Assembly (NCBI GenBank): GCA_964016885.1
Contig: OZ024748.1
Coordinates: 38,564,001 to 38,628,000 of the forward strand
Source: Eledone cirrhosa
Taxonomy: Eukaryota
Length of the DNA stretch: 64,000 nucleotides
Direction of reading: 5' to 3'
Shown: positions 42,723 to 55,996 of the stretch, piece by piece
How positions within the stretch are numbered: position 1 is the first letter of the stretch
How the letters are laid out: every line of letters begins with the position of its first letter
The notes under the pieces: generated by a model
Database searches by the model: none
What the model saw: the letters and a program-made list of their open reading frames with translations, nothing else
What the model was told of the DNA's origin: nothing
Translations under genes and position numbers: made by a program

Positions 42723-42754
42723 AGATAGACACATAATAATATAGATAGATAGAT

Positions 42755-43165
42755 AGATGGTGATGGTAGTGGTGGTGGTTGTGGTGGTGGTAGTGGTGGT
42801 GATGGTAGTAATGATGGTAGTGGTGGTGAGGGTAGAGTGATGGTGATGGTAGTGGTGATGGCGGTGGTAGTAGTGGTGGTAGTGGTGGTGTTAGGTAATG
42901 TTAAATAGACAGCAAGCCAGTAATTGAAACCCTGTAGTGTCTGCGTCATTTCAGTACATTTGTAATATGGAATCTAGCAACAATGATAACATCATTAACA
43001 ACAACAACAATAACAACAACAATAACTACTACAACAATAACTACTACAACAACAAAAACAACTACAACAATAACTACAACAACAACAACTACAACAATAA
43101 CTACAACAACAACAACTACAACAATAACTACAACAACAACAACTACAATAACAACAACAGCAGTA
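42755..43165. repeat. (GGT/GAT)n and (AAC/TAC)n simple repeats
   Basis: direct reading. Confidence 0.9.
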
Positions 43166-44269
43166 GCATGAATGACCCTATTATTTTAGAACAGAAGCAA
43201 GAATATTTCGGGTAATTTAGTTTTAGATCCTCTGTCAGAGAGGAAAACAGACGGAATGATCATGGTTGGGACGCCTTTTATAATAATTGTTTCTACTTCA
43301 GGCACAAGGCCAGCAATTACCCAGTTCATTACTGGTACTTTATTTTATCGACCCGGTAAGGATGAAAGGCAAAATTAACCTCGAGGGGATTTGAACTCAG
43401 ACCGTAAAGGGATGTAACTATGCTGGAAAGCATGGTATCGGACCCTCTACCGATACTGCCAATTCAATCTTGCTTGACCATGGCAGACTTACAGTTAAGT
43501 AAAAACAACAACAACAACAACAACAGTAACAGAAGCAACATCATAGTCAAAATGTTACGGCAGCATTAAACTCAGCAACAATATCAAAGTCAATAACAAC
43601 CATCATGAGTTTTTAATCCACCAGTCAGTGGGACGCTAAAAGAACAGTCTGTCAGTCAAACAGGCGCTCAATCAGGCGCTCAACAGGCGCTCAAACAGTC
43701 GGACATAGTCAAAGGAAATGAAGCCATGTCGACGCTCAACAGTCAGGCAGTCAAACTGGCGCTCAAACAGTCGGACATACTCAAAGGTAATGAAGCCATG
43801 TTGACGTTCAACAGTCAGTCAGTCAAACAGGCGCTCAAGAACAATCACCTATCAGACAGACACATTGACAATAGGTAGGAAGGTAGGTAGGTAGGTAGGT
43901 AGGTAGAGAAGGAGAGAGAGACAATGAATGAAACTAGGGAGCGTAACAACATATCAATATACCAGCATGTCCTCAATAACCCTTAAAGTAAGACTGCTGT
44001 TAGGACCAACCTGATACGTAATATAGAGGGAAACAGGAAAGATTCATTACTAAAGGTTCCTTTAGTACACCATGATTACATATATGTATATAGGGACAGT
44101 AGGGAGATAGGGAGGGAGAGGGTGAGGACAGTATGGAGATTGGGTGAGAGAGAAGGGGAAAGGAAAGAGATCCATGTTGCAATATTAATTACGACTTACA
44201 TCCCTGACCGAGATTCAATGTTAATGACCTACAGTAATTAGTCAATCATAATATATATATATATATATA

Positions 44270-44700
44270 TTTCGTTTCTGAATTTGTTTAGCAAGATTCT
44301 TTATCTGAAAACGTGTGTTGAAACCGATATTGTTATGCTTTGGGAGGGTCATGTTGCCAATAAGAAACACACGCACCAGTTGCTTTCACTTCAATTTATT
44401 ATAAATTAAATCTATAAATTTAGGAATTTATATATTTCCGGTTGGTTGGTTGGTTCCATGGCGTAGAACAAAGGAGAGGCACAAAAACAAAGGAAAGAAT
44501 CCCCAGTCACTGAAGCGGTCACAGAATCTGTGACGAAAGAACTTTGACAATATATGAACAATCGTCTGGTTGTGGAACCAACCAACCAACCGGAAATTTA
44601 TAAATTCCTATTTATAAATTTAATTTATAATAAATTGAAATGAAAGCAACTGGTGCGTGTGTTTCTTATTGGCAACATGACCCTCCCAAAGTATAACAAT
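44270..44700. mobile_element. asymmetric family 5 fold-back with HHR at 44506-44548 (+; A9>C)
   Basis: 44327-44458 inverted at 44574-44700; gtca CTGAAGC g gtcacaga a tctgtgac GAAA gaac TT tgac; TA flanks. Confidence 0.8.
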
Positions 44701-44720
44701 ATATATATAAATATATATAT

Positions 44721-47065
44721 AGTAATAATAATAAATTTGAAGACTAAAATCCAAAGAGGGCTCGATAAGGATAAATATATAACAAATATATAAGAACCGT
44801 AGAGCAAATATTTATTAAAATAACAGATTAAAGTTTAAGCAAAGAATCGCTGCTTTCACCCTTAACGGGATCTTCTGAAACTAACAAAGTCAATCTGTGA
44901 ATGCAGAAGTGAATATTTCAAAAAACGTTGCAACCGGAGGAAGACAGGAAGACGATACTTTGGTTCGTGGAAATGTTCCCTGGCAAAGAACGGGAAAAAA
45001 CGAATATAATACGTCATTATTTGGAGCGGTGAAAAACAATTACACGTAAAGACAAAACCACGTTTATGGTATAGAAGAAGTTGTTGACGAATATTCTATT
45101 CGACGTGAGTATGGGCGCCAGCGATTCTGATCTTATCGGCCTTTTCCTTCTTTTCTCTATCAAGGAAGAATTCCCCAACGTGGGCGGTGGTTTGTACCGT
45201 GTTGATGGTATTTTGACCATGACTAATAAGGCCCACGTGCTTGCGACAGGTTCAGAAAAGAACTCACAGCCTTCTTTAAAGGCTTCAACCTCTCCATACA
45301 GGTTGAGGCCAACCTCTCGGTCGTTAATTACCTCGACGTTACCCTCAATTTATCGAATGGCTTGCATTACCCGTATAGAAAACCGAATGATACGCTTAAT
45401 TACATAGGTAAGCATTCTAACCATCCTGCCAGCATAACCAAGAACCTGGTAAGAAACGTTTCTTTGAGGCTTTCCCGTCTATCTACTAACGAGCATATTT
45501 TCAACGACCATTCCACATATTATAATGAAGCTCTTGCTCGGAGTGGATTTGTCGATAAGGTAGCATATACAGAATATGAGAATAGACCCAGAAGAAATAG
45601 ATCCCGACGCATTATATGGTATAACCCACCATATAATATGGAGGTGGCCACACCATTAGCTAGAATCTCTCTCTCCCTTATTACGAAGCATTTTCTCCCT
45701 ACACATAAATATAGTAACATTTTTAATAGAAATACTATTAAAATTTCTTACTCTAAGACTCTTAACCTTGCACATAACATCACAGCTTCAAATTTAGCTA
45801 AACTACCTAGCCGTAGGAACACGTGCAACCCTGTAGTTAGTACTAACTGTAATTGTAGGAATCGGGTTGACTGCCCCCTATCCGGGAAATGCCTCTCTAG
45901 TAACATTGTCTACAAATGTAAGGTTGAAACACCCACGTCCCGTAGGGCCTACATAAGGTTAACCGCCAATAGATTCAAGCAACGTCTTTACATGCATACC
46001 CATTCTTTTCGTTACCCTTTAAGAAGGAATATGACGTCACTTTCAGCTTATATCTGGAGTCTAAAAGACGCAATATAAGTTACACTGGGAGATCCTAGCT
46101 AGGGCTAGATCGTATAACGGAAATAAAAGACCATGTGACCTCTGCGCCGCTGAGGCCCTGGAAATACTCTACGCCAAAGACCACATCTTAAACAAAAATT
46201 TCGGCTTGTAAACATAAATTGTGTGTGTATATGTGTACTTCGTGTTTTGGTTGACGTACGTCTCCGAACATAAGTGTATTTACATGTAGGTATGTGTGTG
46301 CGCGCGTTATATACGTATTTATTTATTTATATACGTTTATTTAATTATATGTATACACGCACACACACACATGCATATATATATATATATATTTTTTTTT
46401 TATATATATTTTTATGTGTATTTGGTGTATACATTCGTATGCGTGCGGGTACAGGCGTTGCGTGGGTTCTGTATGTGCGTGCGGGTTTTTTTTTTGGGGG
46501 GGGGGGGGGTTGTGTACGTGCACTGTATACCTATGGCGAGTGTTTTCGCGTATGCTTGTGTATGTACGTATATGGATGCGCGTATGTATTTATTTAATTT
46601 CATTTACCTCTGTATTTTATTTACTTTATTCTTAACTCTGAAGCCGAGTATCATTCGGTTTCCTAGTTAGAATTTTAGTCTACCACTTCAGTTATACCAT
46701 TTACGTGGTTTTGTCTTTGCGTGCAATTGTTCTCCCTGCTCCACATATGACGTATTATCTTCGTTTTTTCCGTTCATTGCCAGAGAACGTCTCTATGAAC
46801 CACCTAATAGAATATTAGTCTACGACTTCTTTTATACCATAAACGTGGTTTTGTCTTTGCGTGTAATTGTTTTTCACCGCTCCAAATAATGACGTATTAT
46901 ATTCGTTTTTTCCCGTTCTTTGCCAGGGAACGTTTCCACGAACCAAAGTATCGTCTTCCTGTCTTCCTCCGGTTCCAGATTGACTTTGTTAGTTTCAGAA
47001 GATCTCGTTAAGGGTGAAAGCAGCGATTCTTTGCTTAAACTTTAATCTGTTATTTTAATAAATAA
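44721..47065 (+). mobile_element. Penelope-like retroelement (5'-truncated) with inverted 5' pLTR (44721-45100) and partly tandem 3' pLTR (46665-47065)
   Basis: 44812-45100 is the reverse complement of 46806-47063; (TA)n on both sides; CAGAAGA-core HHR-like motifs at 44832-44882(-) and 46991-47041(+). Confidence 0.88.
45098..46220 (+). pseudogene. frameshifted PLE RT plus GIY-YIG endonuclease (Naiad-like signature)
   Basis: FDVSMGA, GLYRVD (YRDD mutated), PYRKPND, SNHP, IIWYNPPY, CNCR..CPLSGKCL..IVYKC, YIRLT (YIG mutated), CDLC..E, CKH. Confidence 0.85.
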
Positions 47066-47143
<78 letters not shown>

Positions 47144-47145
<2 letters not shown>

Positions 47146-47589
47146 TAGACCTGAAAAATGCGCAAGCTCAAAAGAGCCACAGAATGTTATAATAAACCTT
47201 CAAAAGTGTGGGACTAGAGTTGTTGCTCAAAAATATTGTAATCATTATCTATCGTACACTCTGTGGCATCCTTTTATAAAAAAGAGACTCATAACGAACT
47301 CAAGACGACACGATAATTATTTAAGCTAATGTTCAATATCTCATATTAGATATTTAGTAATGATTAATACGAAATGCACTTAAACCGAATTCTATATTAT
47401 AAATTCACTTAAATAATTATCGTGTCGTCTTGAGTTCGTTATGAGTCTCTTTTTTATAAAAGGATGCCACAGAGTGTACGATAGATAATGATTACAATAT
47501 TTTTGAGCAACAACTCTAGTCCCACACTTTTGAAGGTTTATTATAACATTCTGTGGCTCTTTTGAGCTTGCGCATTTTTCAGGTCTAGT
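47144..47589. mobile_element. fold-back element with ~180-bp apparently identical arms and ~80-bp spacer; no HHR found
   Basis: actagacctgaaaaatgcgc... / ...gcgcatttttcaggtctagt; abuts (TA)n. Confidence 0.8.
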
Positions 47590-48339
47590 TTAATATTTTT
47601 TTAAGGCAACGCTTGTAATAACTCTAGTTAAACATGATATATATTAATAATAAATTATCGTTGTAATGTAATTAGATTATATAATTGTTATTTTATAAAT
47701 GATCTTATCAATATTATTGTAAGATGTATAAAAATATTTTCAGACTTTTAATATAAACAACTACAAAAAACAATCGATATTAAATAAATATATTTTACAT
47801 AATAATTATTATAGTTCAATTAATAAAAATTAAATATTACATACAAATAGTCTAACATAATAATAAAAAAAATAATCTAACATAATAATAATAAAATAAT
47901 CTAATATAAAACGAACAATAATGTGGACAAATATACAAGTAAATATGATACAACCAATATTATAAGCATGTTATAACGAACTGAAAAAATAATAGTTAAT
48001 ATAAATTAAAAAAATCATATATAAATTAACAATATAACTTACCAAAACGAGAAAATTATTTTGATGATAATCAACGAAATACAGGAGGAAGATTCGAAAG
48101 CGAAACGATAAATAAACGTGCAAACAAAGTGGCGGATGCTTTTGAGCAACAATTACTCTCATTGGTTGATTAGCCAACAAGACGATGAAATTAACCAATA
48201 AGACGATATATTACAAAATATATTTGGCACGGATCACCACGGCCAGCAAAACCCCTTGAATTTTTTTATTCACAAGCTATGCATATATGTCAGACATGCA
48301 GACTTAAAACATTCTGTTGTTAGTCAATCCGTGTCTAAC

Positions 48340-48965
48340 AGATAAATGGAAAAAATGAAATTTCATTTCTCACTCTTAGTACGGCTGATACTTAAATATA
48401 AGTATGTATACGTACATAGATATATGAATATAAACGTACAGTAGTATGTATATACATACATACATACATGCACACACACATATATATGTACGTATAGGTT
48501 TACCGAACATTTATTATAATTATATTTAAGTATAATTATATTTAATTAAGAGTTACCGAACACTGTACGGCTAATAATTCGGGCTGTTTGTTTACAAACA
48601 AACCGAGAATTATAATAAATGTTCGGTAAACCCGTACGTACATATATATATGTGTGCATGTATGTATAAATATACATACTACTGTACGTCTGTATACATA
48701 TATCGACTGACAGGAAGGTATACGGTGCTGATGACAGCTAATAATATAGAAACTAGTTCATCGTTCCTTTGTCAGTGTTGAACAAAAGGGAAACGATGGT
48801 TGCCGAACACTGTACGGTTTAATTCGGGCTGTTTGTTTACAAACAAACCGAACATTATAATAAATGTTCGGTAAACCCATATGTACATATATATATGTGT
48901 GCATGTATGTATGTATATACATACTACTGTAAGTCTGTATACATATATGTATGTACGTGTACATA

Positions 48966-48970
<5 letters not shown>
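48340..48970. mobile_element. diverged family 11 cluster: inverted partial unit plus ~1.5 direct units, HHR at 48722-48764 (+)
   Basis: homologous to the 422-bp unit at 59.9-61.3 kb; acggtg CTGATGA ... GAAA ctag TT catcgt. Confidence 0.8.
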
Positions 48971-49033
<63 letters not shown>

Positions 49034-49144
49034 TATAATATCTTTCAGTGCACCTTCCAGATCTGTAGGGACCATGGCTGAGAAAGTCCTTGGACAACAT
49101 ACTTAAATATTTGCTGCTACTGTTCACTCAACTGATGTTATATA

Positions 49145-49410
49145 CCATCGGTTGTTAGACATTTCTAGTAGATGCAACTCTACCTCCACCACCAGAAAGG
49201 TAGACTCTTAATTTAACCCCAGTGTGACATAATGTATGACACAGGCTGGTCCTTTGAATTTCAAGTACAGTTCTTCAGATGGGCTTCCAAACAGTTTCAG
49301 TCTACCCAATTTCCCTCACAAGTCACGTGTTATCCCGAGGCTATAACAAATGACATTTGACCAAGATGAGCCGCTGCGGGATCGAACCCTGGTTATTACG
49401 TGTGCCAGGT
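49145..49410 (-). mobile_element. decayed SINE-like repeat
   Basis: gggatcgaaccc reads as B box gggttcgatccc on the - strand. Confidence 0.45.
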
Positions 49411-50077
49411 TAACTATTAGAGTTGGTCCGTCCATGGCGTAGGTGGGGTAAACCTTTATCAAACAGCAATCTACACCAGAGTGTGACCCAAACAAGAGGA
49501 CGTTTTCCTGGGTGTTTACACGAAGTTCTAATAGATCTAGTTCCTTTATAAAACACCCAGGGTATATCGATGGGGGAAGGGGTGTAAAGAAAGAGTAGGG
49601 CAATGGAGTCCCAGATAGGATTACTCTCGGTGACATATCAGGTGTGTAACAATAGGAGGGTGGCGGGCTGGTCGGTAGCGTGGTTTGTTGGATGGTATTA
49701 GGGTGGTGTTGGACAGTCGGGTGGAGATCGGGTAGGCGTTGGTAAATAGTGACGGAGGCAAACGGAAATAGCTCAAGTGTTGGGCGTTACCCACACTCTA
49801 CCCCTCCACACACACACACACACATGGACACAGTCTAGAAGATAAAGTGAGAAGAAAGTAAGAGGAAGAGTCTCTGTGTGTGTGTGCGTATATATATATG
49901 TGTATATATATATACAAATATATGTACATATATACATATATATGTATATATGTACATACATTTGTATATATATAAATATATACATATGTGTATCCATGTA
50001 TATGTGTACATATTTGTATATATGTATGTATCTATATATATATGTCTGTGTGTGTGTTTGTGTGTATGTATTTATAT

Positions 50078-50113
<36 letters not shown>

Positions 50114-50539
50114 TGAAAATGGCGTTGGTTAAAAACAAACAGGATACATGAAGATGTAATTGTACATCCGGGCAATTTGTTTGTCATACTCGAATATTCC
50201 TAAAGAGGTGACGACAGTGGTGAGTAAATTTCACAGTGATTAGGAATTAATAGTTATCTAATGTCTAGGACATTCCCTGGAATAAGGAGAAATATTAGAA
50301 GTTCTAAACTAGAGATGATGTAATATATATAACCAGGGCTGGGTTTACCATTGTGCTTTGGTGTGCTTAAGAACAGGTCCCTATGGCTGGTGGGGGGGCA
50401 TCTTCCTGCCCCCCAAAATGTGTTACCCCTTTTGGGGCCCATGTAAGGAGCCTCATAACTTAACTAGCACAAGGTCTCATTTTTCCTAAATCCGGCACTG
50501 CAGATAACCCTAACCATAACCGAAGGACCAGGTTGAATT

Positions 50540-51025
50540 GAACCCCTAGTGTTAAGACGAATACATCACCTGGAGATCACAGCATTAACAACGTATCTTT
50601 TCATACACAAAATTCTAAGATGGCGGAAACGTGCAGACTTCTGGATGAAGTGGATTCCGAGATAATTCACAATGAGAGACTAATAAGTGATGATAGTCGT
50701 GCAGGGGACACTTGGTGTTAGATGTGAAGCCTATATAGGATTCTCTGACTGTGGTCACCATATATTGTTAAATTAATGGTGGAACAAGAAGTGACTCAGC
50801 ATTTCTACATCAAAACGTTTGACGTTGACTCCGTTAAACAGGTGAGGTACTGGGAGAGGCTGAAGAGGAGACAAAACAATATACAATGATATATCCAGCA
50901 ATAGCCGTCGAAACGGCTTGAGCTCTGCCGTCGGGGTCATACTTGTTCCCATTACACACTCTACTACCCTAAGTATTGAGTACTTTGGTGCGTTATGGTC
51001 CATCTGGTTCCTTACCACAATTCCA
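50540..51025 (+). mobile_element. heavily decayed CR1/L2-like LINE 3' fragment
   Basis: remnant WSPY and YWERLK..YTMIY peptides. Confidence 0.4.
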
Positions 51026-51028
51026 TCG

Positions 51029-51208
<180 letters not shown>

Positions 51209-51237
51209 TACGTATATATATATATATATATATTTAC

Positions 51238-51272
<35 letters not shown>

Positions 51273-51303
51273 CGCATATATATATATATGTACGTATGGA
51301 TAT

Positions 51304-51369
<66 letters not shown>

Positions 51370-51373
51370 TACG

Positions 51374-51405
<32 letters not shown>

Positions 51406-51682
51406 CGCATATATATATATACACACTCACAGACATACACACAGACATACACACATACATACACACAGACAGACAGACAGACACTCAGACATACACACAG
51501 ACAGACAGACAGACAAAGATATAACTTAGGGAGACGTTAATGATATAAACAGAAAATCTGAGAAAATAAGGGAGAGTGATATTTAGTCTAAAGATATTTT
51601 AAGGGACGCGTCCAATCCCTGAATCATTGGCTGGCTTCTCTAACACACCTACCTAACTATACTTTATACCACATAAACTGCA

Positions 51683-51717
<35 letters not shown>

Positions 51718-51818
51718 GGGGGGGGGGGTTGTGTGTGTGTGTGTATGCATATATATGTATATTTATGTGTGTATGTATATATATTTAAATTATGTATATG
51801 TATGCATATATATATGTA

Positions 51819-51918
<100 letters not shown>

Positions 51919-53163
51919 AACATATATATATATATCCACACTGAGGCTACACTGATATGCATCAGGATTTGTGGTTTTTGTCAACAAGATAAAAAAGACA
52001 TGAACAGAAGACGTCACCCCAGCCTCGACAAACATTTCAATAATCCCATAACAACTGAACCACCAGCAACAACAATTACTATGACAACGCTGAACAAAAA
52101 CTACAACAACAACAATTACAACAACAACAATTACAACAACAACTATAACAGCTTCACTGTAGGATTGCTTCTCGTATATATTCGGAAATAACATTTCTCC
52201 CTCAAGCTATTTTTCCATTTGATGTTCATGTAAAATATAGCACAGATATTATCTGTGTCATCTTATTGATGCTCGGGGTTATATCTCATCTGGTCAAGCT
52301 ATGATCAAAGACAATCCAGAAATGACCACACTCTCATAGTACCAAGGATAGTGTATATAGAAATACATTAGCTAAAGTTTCTACTGAAACATTAGATAAT
52401 ATATCGAGAAGGCAGCACATTGGCAGAGTCGTTAGAACGTTGTATAGAATAATTTGCGGTATACATTCCAGCTCTCTGAGTTCAAATCACCCCAAGGTCA
52501 ACATTTCATCCATTCGAGGTCGATAAAAAATAATTGTTTCTACTTTAGGCACAAGGCCAGCATTACTGGTACTTTATTTTATCGACCCCGTAAGGATGAA
52601 AGGCAAAGTCAACCTCGGCGGGATTTGAACTCAGATCGTAAAGGGACGTAACTATGCTGGAAAGCATGGCGTCCGACCCTCTACCGATACTGCCAATCTA
52701 CCGCCCTACGGTCGATAAAAAATAATACCAGTCAAGTACTGGGCATGATTCTTCCTCTATATCTCTTTATCATTTCCTCTCTCTCACTTTCTATCTTTCT
52801 CTGGAAGAAATCTGCTGTATTAAAACCTGGGCTACGCCAGGTTTTAAAGAAATGTCTTAGAAAGGTGGTGTTTCCACACGGTGCCCCTGCGACTTTCTCG
52901 CCTCCTTCAGGAGTTATGGGTCTATATATGTAGTGTATCTACAGATATTTTATCTAATGTGTCCTTCCTGTGTAAGACGGTAGAACACGATTTAAAGATT
53001 TTGGTTGGTAATTTGGTGTTCCATGAGGAACAGTTACCATGGCGGTTCTGTAGGTCTCAAAACCAATTCCAAGTTCGTAGCCTGAGACTCTTTCTCCGAA
53101 ATATTAAATTAAAATGGCTTTACATGAATAAAACAAGACATACATATACTTTCCACAAGATAT

Positions 53164-53209
<46 letters not shown>

Positions 53210-53552
53210 CGGTGGATTGGCTAGGTTGCCAGGTTGCCCGATGGCTAGTGGGCACCAGGGGACTCACGGTAGCATTGCATGACCCCACAGTAGCATTACA
53301 GGGCCCACTGTCGTATTTTAGGCCAATGCTTAGCTTTCAAAAAATACCTGAAGTCTAAGAGAAAGAATAATTTTTTTTTTAAATAAATAAAACAATTAAG
53401 CAAAACATTTGGTCAACCAATTCCCCAGGGAATTACTAGAAACCAAAATATATAAGTTGCATCTGAAATGAAACATGGATTACAGGTTAAAATATAGTCT
53501 AGATAGATGAGAAACAAAACGAGGATGTTGTTTATGGAATACCCAAATAATT

Positions 53553-54000
53553 TAGAAGTCGACCTTAAGTAGGAGCAATAACATTAAGAAAGACATGGAC
53601 GACACCACATAATTTTGTTTTGAGCATTTTGAAAGTAGGTTTATAAGTATGATTTTCATAAGTTATGCGTATTTGTGTCTGTGGCCTAGCGGTAGGTACT
53701 AGGGACGGTGGAGATCCTCGCTTTGGGTTCAATCCTGGTTAAGAAATGCATGTGACCTTTTTCAGTTTTTATTTTACAACCAATAGAAAAAAAGAACTGA
53801 AAAGGTCTACCGGGTTCCCTACACCCAACCAGGATCAAACTTCAGACCAGGATGACCACGGTCTATGATTCCTCCAACTAGGCCACCGAGACAGCTACAA
53901 ACGTATAATGAAAATTGATAATTGTAAACCTACTTTCAAAATCAAAGATGTGGTGTCATGGCTTTCTTAGAGCTATTAGTAATATTTAGGGTCGACTTCT
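53553..54000. repeat. old diverged fold-back containing tRNA-like A/B boxes
   Basis: agaagtcgacc/ggtcgacttct, ttttgaaagtaggttt/aaacctactttcaaaa and gaccttttt-cagtt/aactgaaaaggtc pairs; gtggcctagcggtagg..gggttcaatcc. Confidence 0.65.
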
Positions 54001-54218
54001 GGTCATTATGGAAAGTCTCTGGATTTCGCAAAATACATAATATTTTTTTATTGGAGAAGGTAATATAATTTTCAGCAAAAATTTGATTGCACTATTTTGT
54101 TTCTACTTATGTATTTCTTTTTAAATGTTATTTATTCATTATACAAATTAAATGATAACATTCTATATGTAGGTGGCCCCCTTCATCTGGTAACAAATAC
54201 TTTTAGACCCAGTCCGCC

Positions 54219-54256
<38 letters not shown>

Positions 54257-54799
54257 TGTGTGTGTGTGTGTGTGTTGCATGTGTGTGTATAATGCATTAA
54301 ATAGTTAAATGCAATAAATGTGTATTTTTATGGAAGGTCATCAAAATTTAAAATAGCATTGTTAACGTGTGGGTGGGTGTATATGCGTCTGTGTATGAAT
54401 GTTTATGTATGTCTATGTGAGTATTTCTGTGTACGTGTCTGTGTGAGTATCTCTTTCCTTCAGCACTTTGCCTCAGACTTCCGCTTGAGACATAACTCAC
54501 CCCTAACAAATCTAAATTATTTCATAAAACCTGGTATTTCTGTCTCTTCTCCAAACAAGGCTCTAATCTCCGCCCCTCACCACTAATCCCTTCCTCGTAC
54601 ACGCTAGCAATGCTTGCTCATAGTAGACCCATCCTAAAGCCCCTCTCGAAGGAGTTCCCTTTAGCGACCCAACACAAAATAAGGAGAGTAAAAAGACTCC
54701 AAAGAAGACAAACCTTGATTCTCATCTGACAAAGAAACATCGCAAAATATTTGGAAAAATAATAAACCATCCCCATCGACACCCACTGCGGCACGTGTC

Positions 54800-55770
54800 A
54801 GTTGTTATTATTGTTGTGATGGTGGTGGTAGTGTTGGTGGTGGTGGTAGTGGTGGTGGTGGTAGTGGTGGTGGTGGTAGTGGTGATGGTGGTGGTGGTAG
54901 TGTTGGTGGTGGTAGTGTTGGTGGTGGTGGTGGTGGTGGTAGTGATGGTGGTGGTAGTGTTGAATGTGGTAGTGGTGGTAGTGATGGTGGTGGTGGTAAT
55001 GGTGTTGGTGGTGGTGGTGGTGGTAGTGACGGTGGTAGTGATGGTGGTGGCAGTGTTGGTGGTGGTGGTAGTGGTGCTGGTGATAGTGTTGATGGTGGTG
55101 GTAGTGGTGGTGGCGGTAGTGATGTGGTGGTGGTAGTGGTGCTGGTGATAGTGTTGGTGGTGGTGGTGGTAGTAGTAGTGATGGTGGTAGTAGTGTTGAT
55201 GATGGTGGTAGGTGGTGGTGGTAGTGATGGTGGTGGTAGTGTTGATGGTGGTGGTAATGGTGGTGGTGGTGGTGGTAGTGATGCTGGTGGTGGTAGTGAT
55301 GGTGGTAGTGTTGATGGTGGTGGTAGTGTTGGTGGTGGGGGTAGTGGTGGTGGTGGTAGTGATGGTGGTAGTGATGGTGGTAGTAGTATTGGTGGTGGTA
55401 GTGTTGGTGGTGGTGGTAGTGGTGCTGGTGATAGTGTTGATGGTGGTGGTAGTGGTGATGGTGGTAGTGGTGGTGGTGGTGGTAGTGATGATGGTGGTAC
55501 TGTTGATAGCGGTGGTAGTGGTGGTGGTGGTAGTAGTGATGGTGGTGGTGGTAGTGATGGTGGTGGTAGTGTAAGTGGTGGTAGTGTTGGTGGTGGTGGT
55601 GGTAGTGTTGATGGTGGTGGTACTGTTGATGGCGGTGGTAGTGGTGGTGGTGGTAGTAGTGATGGTGGTGGTGGTAGTGTTGATGGTGGTGGTAGTGTCA
55701 GTGGTGGTAGTGTTGGTGGTGGTGGTGGTGGTGGTGGTAGTGGTGGTGGTGGTGGTAGTGTTGGTCATGA
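54800..55770. repeat. (GGT/AGT/GAT)n low-complexity tract
   Basis: direct reading. Confidence 0.95.
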
Positions 55771-55996
55771 CATCATTAACATCATTATCTTAATTGTTAT
55801 CACATTATAATCACATCCCCATTATCACCATTATCATCATCATCAGTAACATTACATTTAACCAGTCAATTATCATCCCACCAGCGTTATATGGAGATCA
55901 TCATCATCAGTAAGGTGACCAGAGTAGCTCATCATATTGTTCCTTGCTCATATCACACCCTCTCATCCCACTCTTTCTTCCTAGAAGTAACGAACG

